A stretch of 53,713 bases of DNA, from IMG/VR virus record IMGVR_UViG_3300036852_000233, positions 1 to 53,713 of that record. One strand, 5' to 3'. Shown piece by piece: positions 17,470 through 25,733 of the stretch. The position numbers and the translations under genes were made by a program. Below the pieces are notes generated by a model. That model worked only from the letters and a program-made list of their open reading frames with translations, was not told where the DNA came from and did no database searches. The stretch is from a virus. Taxonomy: Duplodnaviria; Caudoviricetes. Positions within the stretch are counted from its first letter, which is position 1. Each line of letters begins with the position of its first letter.

Positions 17470-17605
17470 CCTCCTAGGTCGAGAGTGGCATCATCCGACT
17501 CTCAGCCTAGGCTGTCAAGAATGACAGACGCATACGGCATGCACCGTAGAACGGTTACGTCTGCGAGACCTGTTGACACGGTCACCTAGGTCTGACAACC
17601 TAGGC
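17470..17605. promoter_or_regulatory. Immunity switch: divergent TTGACA promoters with four CCTAGG operator-like palindromes
   Basis: Leftward TTGACA-N17-GATGAT; rightward TTGACA(17573)-N17-CAACCT; CCTAGG at 17473, 17506, 17585, 17599. Confidence 0.65.
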
Positions 17606-17616
17606 CGGCCAGGGTA

Positions 17617-18111
17617 ATGGGGACCCTGATCACGAGGAGTACAGCAACGATGGGAGCAAGAGAACTTGGGGAACTCTGTGAGGCCGAGCGCCGCCGCCGC
17701 GGTTGGTCGCTTGCACGCGTCGCCTACGAGATCGGCCTCGTCCCACCACACGACAGAGCGCTGAACGAGTCACAAGCCAAGCGGATACTCGAAGGTCGTC
17801 GCGGCCTCGACGAGTGGATGATCTGGCGCCTGATCAGCGTGTTCGGCCTCCGCCCTGCTGCTGCGTGGGCCGCCGCTGGCCTGCTGCCGAAGGGCGTGGA
17901 TGAGGAAATGCTGAGCAAGCTGGAGTTCTTCGCCACGACCCCCAGCGAACTTACCGCTCGGTCAGTCGGACAAACCGTCTTACCAGTGCCGGCCGAGCTC
18001 CAGGACGCCGCCCTGTTGCGCCGCCTCGGCGTGCCCAACCTCGAGCGGCGCCGCGTCCAGCGCCGCCGGCGGCTGCGGCTCGTCCCCCAGGTCGAGCGGA
18101 GGGTGGCATGA
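17617..18111 (+). CDS. CI-like immunity repressor (XRE HTH; start may be 17650)
   Basis: LGEL..AERRRRGWSLARVA...ILEGRR; divergent from cro-like gene. Confidence 0.7.
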   Translation: MGTLITRSTATMGARELGELCEAERRRRGWSLARVAYEIGLVPPHDRALNESQAKRILEGRRGLDEWMIWRLISVFGLRPAAAWAAAGLLPKGVDEEMLSKLEFFATTPSELTARSVGQTVLPVPAELQDAALLRRLGVPNLERRRVQRRRRLRLVPQVERRVA

Positions 18112-18740
18112 ACCGCCCCCGCTTGCTGGATCTTATGTGCGGGGCCGGAGGTAGTGCAGTCGGATATGCGCGAGCGGGATTCGATGTCGTCGGCGTGGAT
18201 ATCGCCCCGCAGCCCCGGTACCCGTTCGAGTTCCACCAGGCAGACGCGCTCACGTTCCCACTGGACGGGTTCGACGCCATCCACGCCAGCCCACCCTGCC
18301 ACGATCACACGCCGCTGTCGTCGCTGGTCGGCAAGGATGGCACCGGCTGGCTACTCGCCGCCACCAGGAAGCGCCTGCTCGCTTCTGGCGTTCCCTGGGT
18401 CATCGAGAACGTCCCCCACGCTCCGCTGCGCCCCGATCTCGTGCTGTGCGGCGAGATGTTCGGGCTGCGGACTATCCGCCACCGCTGGTTCGAGTTGTGG
18501 TCCGGGTTCGTGCTCCAGCCAGGCCACCCACCCCACACGGCCAAGACGAGCACCCGCAAGCGGCGGTCCTGCTGGGACGCGGGGATGCACATCTCCGTCA
18601 CCGGCGATGTGGGTGTCTATGTCGGCTTGCTGGCGATGGGCATTGACTGGATGACCGGCGACGAACTCTCCCAGGCGATCCCGCCCGCCTACACGGAGTT
18701 CATCGGCGGACTCCTGCTCCAGGCGGTGGCAGCAGCATGA
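18108..18740 (+). CDS. C5-cytosine DNA methyltransferase-like protein
   Basis: LLDLMCGAGG, IHASPPC, VIENV. Confidence 0.82.
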   Translation: MNRPRLLDLMCGAGGSAVGYARAGFDVVGVDIAPQPRYPFEFHQADALTFPLDGFDAIHASPPCHDHTPLSSLVGKDGTGWLLAATRKRLLASGVPWVIENVPHAPLRPDLVLCGEMFGLRTIRHRWFELWSGFVLQPGHPPHTAKTSTRKRRSCWDAGMHISVTGDVGVYVGLLAMGIDWMTGDELSQAIPPAYTEFIGGLLLQAVAAA

Positions 18741-19729
18741 GTATCGCCCTACCTACAGCAACGACCGCACCGATATCCGCTGTTTGCGACTTGGAGCGGT
18801 CTGTCCCCTTAGGCCAGGATGCGGCGCCCGACATCCTGGCACCAGCCGGTCAGCTTTGGACTGAGGGGGGACCTTTGCCATCCAACGAGGTATGGGAGCA
18901 GTATGCGCTGCTGCTGCACCGCCGCCACCGCAGTCAGGAAACCATCGCTCTGTACGAGGTTGCCCTGAGCAAGCTCTGGGCGTTCCTCGCCGACCAGCAG
19001 CACGACTGGCGAACGGTTACCCCGGAACTCGTGGACGCATGGCTGGACGGGCGAGTGCGGGCGGAGTGGACCCGCAACACCTACGGCCGGGTCGTCCGCC
19101 GGTTCTACGCTTGCGCCGTCAGCCGCGGCTGGTTGGACGGTCCGAATCCACTGGAGGACTGGCAGCCACCCCCGGCACCGCCGCCGCGGCCGCGGGCGTT
19201 GCCGCTGGATGCCATCGGCGCGTTGCTGGCGGTCGTCGACCCGAGGATCAGGATGATGGTGCTGCTCGGCTATCATCAGGCCCTGCGGGTCGGGGAGATC
19301 GTGCGACTGTCCGTCGAGGATCTCGCGCTGGGGGCGGACCCGCCGATGGTCCGGGTGGACGGCAAGGGTGGCAAGCAGACGTGGATGCCGCTATCCCCGG
19401 CGCTGGTCGGCCCGCTGCGCGCATGGCTGCTGCTCCGCCCGGCGCGGGGGCCGCTGATTCCTAACTACCGCGACCCCACCAGATACCTACATCCCAAGTA
19501 CGCGGCACATCTGCTCGCCAGCGTCATGCGGCCGGTGGTCGGGGACTCCGGGCATGCGCTGCGGCACACCGCCGCTAGACAGCTCCGCCGGCAGACCCAC
19601 GACCCGTTCCTGGTCCGCGACGCGCTGCGACATGCGGGCCTTCAGACGTTGGACGTGTACACGCAGGATCCGGAGCGGTTGGCGGCCGCGCTCGGCCAGC
19701 TACCCGACCCGCTCAAGACGGAGGCGTGA
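18737..19729 (+). CDS. Tyrosine recombinase (integrase/Xer-like)
   Basis: ALRVGE, GKGGK, HALRH, LRHA, VYT catalytic motifs. Confidence 0.88.
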   Translation: MSIALPTATTAPISAVCDLERSVPLGQDAAPDILAPAGQLWTEGGPLPSNEVWEQYALLLHRRHRSQETIALYEVALSKLWAFLADQQHDWRTVTPELVDAWLDGRVRAEWTRNTYGRVVRRFYACAVSRGWLDGPNPLEDWQPPPAPPPRPRALPLDAIGALLAVVDPRIRMMVLLGYHQALRVGEIVRLSVEDLALGADPPMVRVDGKGGKQTWMPLSPALVGPLRAWLLLRPARGPLIPNYRDPTRYLHPKYAAHLLASVMRPVVGDSGHALRHTAARQLRRQTHDPFLVRDALRHAGLQTLDVYTQDPERLAAALGQLPDPLKTEA

Positions 19730-19917
19730 TGAGCGACTGGAAGCCAGGGTTCCGCCACCAGGTCACTGAGGCCACCGGCTACGACCAGTGGTGGCGACTG
19801 TTGAACTGGCGCTGCGTCGACTGCGGACAGTGGTTCGTCGCGTGGCCATCCGACGATGAGGCCTGCCCAGGCCCACCAGCCGATACCGACCCGCTCCGTC
19901 AGGAGGTCGGCCGGTGA
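19726..19917 (+). CDS. Small Zn-finger protein, paralog of 8379-8537
   Basis: W.PGFRHQV...WRCVDCGQ.F..WP.DDEACPGP. Confidence 0.65.
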   Translation: MMSDWKPGFRHQVTEATGYDQWWRLLNWRCVDCGQWFVAWPSDDEACPGPPADTDPLRQEVGR

Positions 19918-20102
19918 GGTTCCTCGACCTGGCGGCGGTAGCGTTCCCACGCGGCCGGTCGGGAGACGCCGAGCCGCTCCGCAATCTTCTCCCAGGAATC
20001 ACCCTTGGCCCGCGCTCGTCGAATGGCCTCGGTGAGCAGCGCGTCGAAGCGGTCGCGTTCCCGGCGGAACTCGCTGATGTCGTTGAGCTCGAACTCTGGC
20101 AT
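19899..20102 (-). CDS. Small HTH DNA-binding protein
   Basis: ARAKGDSWEKIAERLGVSRPAAWERY. Confidence 0.8.
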   Translation of the reverse strand: MPEFELNDISEFRRERDRFDALLTEAIRRARAKGDSWEKIAERLGVSRPAAWERYRRQVEEPHRPTS

Positions 20103-20125
20103 CAGACCTCCGGCGTTAGGGATTC

Positions 20126-20154
20126 TTGACAGGAGGTAAGGATACCCTTACACT
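20126..20154 (+). promoter_or_regulatory. Sigma-70-type promoter with palindromic operator
   Basis: TTGACA-N17-TACACT; GTAAGG-ATAC-CCTTAC at 20136-20151. Confidence 0.75.
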
Positions 20155-20336
20155 GATTCCATTGTCCACCTAGACCAGCCGCGGGTCGCGTCGTCTATAG
20201 CGGCACTGCCTCGGTACCCGCCGACTGCGCAGCGGCAGGTACCAGCCCACGAGGTCCCTTGTCCGCCGACTCACGAGCACGACCGACCTGCCGCAAGGTC
20301 GGACGCCCCGGCCGGGGCAACACCCACGGAGGAACC

Positions 20337-20660
20337 ATGATCTTCTACGACCGTGCTGGCCAGCCGATCGCCGATGTTCTCGAGTGGGCCCGCCTGTTCG
20401 AGACCATGGACCGCCGGGTCGCCCTCGACGACGTCGTCTGCGGCGACGGATCGGTGCGGATCTCCACCGTGTTCCTCGGACTCGACCACAACTGGGATGG
20501 CGGGCCACCGCTGATCTTCGAGACGATGTGTTTCGGTGGGCCACCACCGGTCGACCAGTGGCAGACTCGCTACTCGACCGAGGAGCAGGCCCGCGCGGGC
20601 CATCAGAAGGTGGTGGATGCGCTGCGCGCGGCAGAACTTGACTGGTTCCTCCAGCACTGA
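20337..20660 (+). CDS. Phage hypothetical protein
   Basis: ISTVFLGLDHNW...PLIFETM.FG...RYST.E.A..GH; GGAGG RBS. Confidence 0.8.
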   Translation: MIFYDRAGQPIADVLEWARLFETMDRRVALDDVVCGDGSVRISTVFLGLDHNWDGGPPLIFETMCFGGPPPVDQWQTRYSTEEQARAGHQKVVDALRAAELDWFLQH

Positions 20661-20790
20661 CCCGACCTTCTCAGCCTAGACCGGCCGGACGGTCGGTGGT
20701 AGAACATGGCGCATCTCGCGCTATCAACGCGAAAGTGGCCCCCGGACGGGGTTAGCGTCCGAGGGCCTGGAGCACCCGGGAAGGAGCCCC

Positions 20791-21039
20791 ATGGTGCCCG
20801 ACAGCAAGTATGACGACCTCGCCGAGCAGTGGGCACATATCGCGTCGCTTGTCGAGCAGGCAAGCCGGGACGCGGACGTGCTCCACGTGCCGATCCCACA
20901 GTCGCTGGCCCGCGGCATGGCCGACCTGCTGGTGTTCCCATCCGAGATCCGCCAGGTCGGCGCCCGCCGCGCCGGCACGTGGGTTGAGCCGATCATGGAA
21001 CGCGCCGACGAACCACCACCCGACCCGGAGGAACCATGA
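20791..21039 (+). CDS. Hypothetical protein
   Basis: AAGGAG RBS. Confidence 0.6.
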   Translation: MVPDSKYDDLAEQWAHIASLVEQASRDADVLHVPIPQSLARGMADLLVFPSEIRQVGARRAGTWVEPIMERADEPPPDPEEP

Positions 21040-21227
21040 ACGAGCAGCAAGGACCACCCGCCTTCAGCGCCGCGGACATGCCCATCCAGGATGAAGGCTG
21101 GCACCTATCGACACGCTATGAGGTGCTCGAACGTTGGCTGGAATCGGCGAAGGTGCGGCAGGTCAGGGTGCGGGACATTGTGACCGGGCACACCATCAGC
21201 CGGACGGACTTCTATGAGGGACCATGA
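21036..21227 (+). CDS. Hypothetical protein
   Basis: GGAGG RBS; ATGA coupling. Confidence 0.6.
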   Translation: MNEQQGPPAFSAADMPIQDEGWHLSTRYEVLERWLESAKVRQVRVRDIVTGHTISRTDFYEGP

Positions 21228-21285
21228 GCGAGCAGGTCAGGATCTACCGGGTGTTCTGCGAGAGGCAGGCCGGAGGTGAATCGTG

Positions 21286-21308
21286 TTGTCACACCCTCGC
21301 TGTACGAT
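21286..21308 (+). promoter_or_regulatory. PafBC/RecA-NDp-type promoter driving cassette A
   Basis: TTGTCA-cac-N8-TACGAT; same spacing in cassette B. Confidence 0.6.
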
Positions 21309-21314
21309 GCAGCT

Positions 21315-21482
21315 GTCCCGCTCGACAACCAAGATCGGGGCGATGCCGCCGGGCAGGCGGTGTACCGCGCGGGCAGGCCCTTGACCGGGCCGAGTCCCCG
21401 CCGAGAGGCGGGAGGCGGTTCCGCGAACCACCCGGACAGGCAACCGGGAATCCCCGCCCTTCTAGGGCAGGGAGGATGTCAA
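21315..21482 (+). ncRNA. TnpB omega-RNA-like scaffold A (IS200/IS605 right-end derived)
   Basis: Ends GGAATCCCCGCCCTTCTAGGGCAGGGAGGATGTCAA; hairpins shared with 36324-36477. Confidence 0.7.
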
Positions 21483-21632
21483 TATCTGCTGGTGTGCCTA
21501 GAGTGCAGCGAAGGCTCCGATGCGCTCATTCTGCCGTTCGACAGTGCAGAGGCGCGGGGGAAGTGGGCGGCCGCGCATACCAAAGAGACTGGGCACGACC
21601 GCTGGTACGTGGAAGACGAGGAACGATGAGCG

Positions 21633-21740
21633 ATGAAACGTCTTCAGATCGTCGCTACGCAGTATTGCCCGTGCTGCCGCCGCGACCATGACGTGTACGG
21701 GTTCGTGGTCGTGGGCAGTTACGTGATCCGCTCGACCTGA
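21633..21740 (+). CDS. Small peptide with CPCC motif (35 aa)
   Basis: MKRLQIVATQYCPCCRRDH...; precedes terminator. Confidence 0.35.
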   Translation: MKRLQIVATQYCPCCRRDHDVYGFVVVGSYVIRST

Positions 21741-21752
21741 CCCTAGACGCCA

Positions 21753-21792
21753 AGATGCCGCCACGTCCTTGGGGAGGAACGTGGCGGCATCT
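21753..21792. terminator. Long-stem hairpin between convergent operons
   Basis: AGATGCCGCCACGT...ACGTGGCGGCATCT, 14-bp perfect stem. Confidence 0.75.
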
Positions 21793-21933
21793 GTATGGTC
21801 CAGCCATCGCAATAGCGGGAGTCTAGCAGGCGGTCCGGACAGACCATTCGGCCCCCTACCGCCGGCCGGACGGTCTGCGGGGGCCGAATCGTGGTCCGAC
21901 ACTTCTACGGCGTGCCGGTACCGTACCGGGAGT

Positions 21934-22197
21934 CTATCCCGTCGGTCGGCGTGGCTGGGGTTGTGGCCGCTCGTCGGCGATCCGGCTCGGCGGCGGCGGC
22001 TCGGCACGCTCGGCCCGTGGGGGCGGCACCGACTGGACGTTGCGAACCCCGAATACCCCGAGGGCGGTCGCCGCGCCGATCACCACCGGCGCCCACCGCT
22101 GCACCCCCTCCGGGGTACCGGGGGGCAGCTGGGTCGCCAGGACCGCAGCCAGGCCGATGATGGCGACGATCGCCTTGCGTGCACCAGCGACGTTCAT
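21934..22197 (-). CDS. Holin-like protein (2 TM)
   Basis: ARKAIVAIIG...IGAATALGVFGVRN; in lysis cassette. Confidence 0.75.
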   Translation of the reverse strand: MNVAGARKAIVAIIGLAAVLATQLPPGTPEGVQRWAPVVIGAATALGVFGVRNVQSVPPPRAERAEPPPPSRIADERPQPQPRRPTG

Positions 22198-22346
22198 GGT
22201 TGCCTCCTTGGCCAGGGAATGGCGACCGCCAGGGCAAAGTGCGCCGCCCAACAGGCAAGGGCGAGCAGGAAGATGTCGACCTGGCCGAGGTGATCGATCC
22301 CGAACGCGTCGAGCAGCAGCAACGCTGCGGCGATGAGCGCGAGCAT
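22194..22346 (-). CDS. Small 2-TM membrane protein (50 aa, not in ORF track)
   Basis: MLALIAAALLLLDAFG...; AGGAGG RBS; ATGA overlap. Confidence 0.65.
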   Translation of the reverse strand: MLALIAAALLLLDAFGIDHLGQVDIFLLALACWAAHFALAVAIPWPRRQP

Positions 22347-22354
22347 GGCGCCTC

Positions 22355-22816
22355 CTACCAATGCAACCAGAAGTGGATGATCTCGTCCTGCGCGACCGTG
22401 AGCGGCAGCGGGTCCTTCGTCCGGCAGACTGCGGCGTGGAGGCGATTCTCCAGGCCGTCTTTGCGCTGCTGGTCACGGTCGTTGAGCTGCGGCCAGATGT
22501 TCTTGGCGCCGTTGCCGCCGCCGAGCTCCAGCGGCAGAAGGTGATCCCACTCGGCGACCTTCTGGCTGGCCGGGTAGCCGTATGCCTTGAGGACGGCGGC
22601 CTTCTGGGCGGCGGTCAGGCTGCGACGGTGCTTGCTTGCCCACCCGGCCGTGCACACGTCCGCGCGGCTGGTGGTTGCCACGACCCCGGGGGTGATGGTC
22701 GGTTTGGGCTGGCCGAGGGTACTGAGCGTGGTGGTCGTGGATATTGGCTGCTGGTGGGAGGTGCAGCCGGCCAGGAGTGCCAACGCCAACACGAGCAGCA
22801 GGACGCGGCGGGTCAC
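22355..22816 (-). CDS. Lipoprotein with HNH-like nuclease domain
   Basis: Lipobox LLAGC; EWDHLLPLELGG.N...NIWPQ...KD.LEN.LH. Confidence 0.72.
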   Translation of the reverse strand: MTRRVLLLVLALALLAGCTSHQQPISTTTTLSTLGQPKPTITPGVVATTSRADVCTAGWASKHRRSLTAAQKAAVLKAYGYPASQKVAEWDHLLPLELGGGNGAKNIWPQLNDRDQQRKDGLENRLHAAVCRTKDPLPLTVAQDEIIHFWLHW

Positions 22817-23013
22817 GCCATCTCCAACTCCTCGACCGCATGGGGGGACATGTTGCCTTGGGCTTCACCTTCGCTGGAATCCCAGATCACGAACGCCACA
22901 CCGTCGACGACGCGGTCGATCGTTCCGGCCGGTGAGGTGAACCCGAACCGGGCGTTGATGGTGGTCATCGGATCGTACTGCGCCTTCCAGCGGACCCGGT
23001 CCCCGGCGTTCAC
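22813..23013 (-). CDS. Small SH3-like hypothetical protein
   Basis: GDRVRW...GTI...V.WD. Confidence 0.55.
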   Translation of the reverse strand: MNAGDRVRWKAQYDPMTTINARFGFTSPAGTIDRVVDGVAFVIWDSSEGEAQGNMSPHAVEELEMA

Positions 23014-23201
23014 CAGTCCACCTGCTTCGGGTCGTGCCAGTCGGTGATGTGGGCATGCTCGCAGCAGCGGTAGATATGGCCAGTCTTGCCACTGCCACGC
23101 CGGAGGAAGATGACCCGGTCATCTTTGCCACACACGTCGCAGGTGACGATGCCGCAGCCGACCGCCTTCCACTTCGGCTCAACGAACTTCGCGGCGGTCA
23201 T
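23010..23201 (-). CDS. Small Cys-rich protein
   Basis: AGGAGG RBS; CDVCG...CCEH. Confidence 0.5.
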   Translation of the reverse strand: MTAAKFVEPKWKAVGCGIVTCDVCGKDDRVIFLRRGSGKTGHIYRCCEHAHITDWHDPKQVDW

Positions 23202-23328
23202 GACAGTCGTGCCTCCTGATTCCAGCAGACCCATGAGGTGGTCCCGGTCCCCCACGACAGTGGCAGACCAACCGGCCACTCCTCCCCGTCGGCCACGGCG
23301 CCCTCGTCCGGGTCGGATGCGCGGTCGT

Positions 23329-23601
23329 TCATGCCCATAGCACCCCAGAGCTCTGGCAGGACTGGCATGTCTCCGGACTGGTACCCGCACCCCACCCGCC
23401 CGTGTAGAAGCCAGCGGGAACGTGGCCGCGGCCCTCGCAGACCGGGCAGCGGTAGGGGCGGGTCTGCGGTGTGGCAATCGCCTGATACATCGGATGCTGC
23501 CAGTCGCCCATGTCGAGCAGCATGGGCCGCTTGCAGACGTGGCTCGGCCCTGAGGAGGGCGGGAGCGGCTCCCCGCAGGAGCAGACACCAGGCGAAGTCA
23601 T
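23329..23601 (-). CDS. Small DnaJ-type Zn-finger protein
   Basis: CPVCEGRG...CQSCQSSG. Confidence 0.6.
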   Translation of the reverse strand: MTSPGVCSCGEPLPPSSGPSHVCKRPMLLDMGDWQHPMYQAIATPQTRPYRCPVCEGRGHVPAGFYTGGWGAGTSPETCQSCQSSGVLWA

Positions 23602-24491
23602 ACCGTCGCCTTCGGCCCAAACTGAACGGTGACGACACCGCCCGGGTCGGTGGTGACGCCGACGATCTCGAGCTGCCCGGCGACCAGCGCCGCCAGCGTG
23701 GCCGGATCGACGACCTGACCGACCTTGCTGGCCAGCGTGTCGAGGCGGGTAGAGATGTCGGACAGGCCAGCGGCGAGGTCCTGGCGGGTCCGCTGCAGGT
23801 TGTCTGGATGGGTGTCCTTGGTCGGGTCAGTGGTCTCGTCCCCGCGGATCACCACCAGCAGGCCCTGCTGCACCGCGGCGAACTTGGCGTCCAGGTAGGT
23901 CCTTGTAGCGTCATCGAGCACGGTGAGGTCTCCTTCCATGTCCCAAAGCCGGGTGGAATCGGCCACCAGTGACGCGTCCCAAGGTTGGCCGAGGGTGGTG
24001 TCCCCGCCGTACTGGGTGGCCGCCGACCCCGCGTTCAGATGCGGCTCGTTGGTCCACTGCGCATCCCAGTACCCACCGCTCGGCTTAGGGTTCTGGAGGA
24101 CGGTCCGGCGGGTGCCGTACACCATCACCTTCCAGCCGGCATCCATGACCGCCCGGTCGAAGGCGGCCAGGTAGCCCGGGTCGATGCGGGTCTCGTAGTC
24201 CAACGCTAGCGTGGTGCCGCGGGGGACCTCGTGGCGGACCAACCAGGTGATCGCCGAATGCGCGTCAGCCAGCGGGTCACCGCCGGTCGAGCGGACGAAG
24301 ATCGGCAACCTGTAGCGGGCCGCCTGGCGGGACCACTCCGCGTCGGTCCATACGTGGGGCGTGTTCCCGCCGATATACCCGGCGACCGCCTCCCACTTCG
24401 GTGGCGAGGTCGGCGGGAACGCCGCGTCGAACATCCGTCGCAAGGCCATAGGCTCCCCATACGTGTCGTGGTAGATGTCCGAGTAGGTCAT
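23598..24491 (-). CDS. Endolysin, GH25/DUF1906-like glycoside hydrolase
   Basis: MFDAA, AGYIGG, ALDYET, MVYG, YWDAQW, ATQY...D.S; in lysis cassette. Confidence 0.75.
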   Translation of the reverse strand: MTYSDIYHDTYGEPMALRRMFDAAFPPTSPPKWEAVAGYIGGNTPHVWTDAEWSRQAARYRLPIFVRSTGGDPLADAHSAITWLVRHEVPRGTTLALDYETRIDPGYLAAFDRAVMDAGWKVMVYGTRRTVLQNPKPSGGYWDAQWTNEPHLNAGSAATQYGGDTTLGQPWDASLVADSTRLWDMEGDLTVLDDATRTYLDAKFAAVQQGLLVVIRGDETTDPTKDTHPDNLQRTRQDLAAGLSDISTRLDTLASKVGQVVDPATLAALVAGQLEIVGVTTDPGGVVTVQFGPKATV

Positions 24492-24503
24492 CGGCGGTCC
24501 AGG

Positions 24504-24914
24504 TTAGTGCGGCAGGCAGACCGGATGCTGCGTTGTACTCGGGTGCACCGTGCTCTTGGGCGTCTGGCACGTCGTGCTCGTGACCGGCAAGGTAGTGCTG
24601 GTCGCCACGGTCGTGGCTGGCCCAGTCGTCGGTGGTGGCATCACCACGATGATCCCCGCCGGCCCCGCCGGCCCGGGCGGTCCCGGAACGCCTGGTGGCC
24701 CTGGAACGCCGATGAGTCCGGCCGTCCCCGTCGTTGAGGACGGGGAGGTGCTCGGCGGTACCGACGGGGGCCGACCGGACGTGGGTGGCCGGGTGGTGAC
24801 CGGCGGCAGGGTCGTCGAGGTCGGGATGGTCGGCTCGAACACCTGCGAGCTGACCGTGACCGCGGCGATGAACGCGGCGGTGGCGACTAGGCCGAGGATC
24901 ACCGACCATCTCAT
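24504..24914 (-). CDS. Membrane-anchored collagen-like Pro/Thr-rich protein
   Basis: N-terminal TM; GVPGPPGVPGPPGPAGPAG. Confidence 0.65.
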   Translation of the reverse strand: MRWSVILGLVATAAFIAAVTVSSQVFEPTIPTSTTLPPVTTRPPTSGRPPSVPPSTSPSSTTGTAGLIGVPGPPGVPGPPGPAGPAGIIVVMPPPTTGPATTVATSTTLPVTSTTCQTPKSTVHPSTTQHPVCLPH

Positions 24915-25267
24915 GGGGGCTCCCCATTAGGAGTCGCAATGCCCTCGCGGTGTAACGCGTCCTCGAGCTGGCGGATCCACCGTCGCAGCGCCTGCTCCCG
25001 GACCCGTGCGGCCTCCACGTCAGCCTCAAGGGCGGCGACCCGCCGGTTGCAATTCTCGATCCGCCTCTGCGCCTCATCGATGCCAGCCTGATAGAGCCCC
25101 TTCGCCTGGTCGAACGCCTCACGGACCTCATCTTTGCTGGCCTTCTTGGCGGCGTCCTTGCGGATCTGCTCGGCCTGCTTGCGGTTGGCGGTGCCAAGCT
25201 GCCACACCAGGACCGAGCTGAGCGCCGCTGCGAGTGTCGGCAGGAGGATCCCGAGGAGGCCGAGCAT
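24911..25267 (-). CDS. Membrane protein with coiled coil (lysis-associated)
   Basis: One TM followed by heptad repeats. Confidence 0.7.
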   Translation of the reverse strand: MLGLLGILLPTLAAALSSVLVWQLGTANRKQAEQIRKDAAKKASKDEVREAFDQAKGLYQAGIDEAQRRIENCNRRVAALEADVEAARVREQALRRWIRQLEDALHREGIATPNGEPP

Positions 25268-25268
25268 G

Positions 25269-25733
25269 CTAGTCCTGCCGGTAGGGGATGCCGCGTTGCG
25301 CGGCCACCACGAGAATACACAGGCAGATCCACTGGCCCGCGGCACGGACGATCAGCACATGCGCGTCCGGCCAGGCCGCCAGCGTCAGGATCGCCAGGAG
25401 GATCTTGAGGAGCCACGCGGCAGTGAACGCCGCACGGTCGTCATCCACCCATACTTGCCAGCCACACAGTGCTCCGACCAGGGCGAACAGGATCGCCCAC
25501 AAAAGCAGCGGATGGGTGGCGCTGAAGCGTGCGCCGAACCCGACGATCGCGCTGGATGCGGGCGCGGCCGCCAGTAGCCCTGCGGCCCGACGGTCCCATA
25601 GGCCCCATGCCCAGAAGAGGTCCAACGTAGCGAGGCCGGAGAGGAACAGGCCGCGGTAGCCGACCCGGTGGGACAGCCGATGAACCACCACCGCGAGGCG
25701 GTGGTCGGCGTCGAGCAGCTGGGCGCGGATCAC
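25269..25733 (-). CDS. Multi-TM membrane protein (lysis-associated)
   Basis: Four hydrophobic segments; RVGYRGLFL. Confidence 0.7.
   Translation of the reverse strand: MIRAQLLDADHRLAVVVHRLSHRVGYRGLFLSGLATLDLFWAWGLWDRRAAGLLAAAPASSAIVGFGARFSATHPLLLWAILFALVGALCGWQVWVDDDRAAFTAAWLLKILLAILTLAAWPDAHVLIVRAAGQWICLCILVVAAQRGIPYRQD

Larger units (their letters stand above)
21224..21629 (+). pseudogene. Small Zn-finger gene interrupted by omega-RNA-like cassette A
   Basis: Start MSEQVRIYRVFC at 21224; body YLLVCLEC...AAAHTKETGH resumes at 21483 in another frame (ORF 21276-21629 reads through the element). Confidence 0.5.

Noticed and set aside
21286-21482. Cassettes as group I/II introns or IStrons
   Set aside because: Too short, no recognisable catalytic core, and copy B is intergenic and antisense to the host transcript; RT-PCR would be the final test
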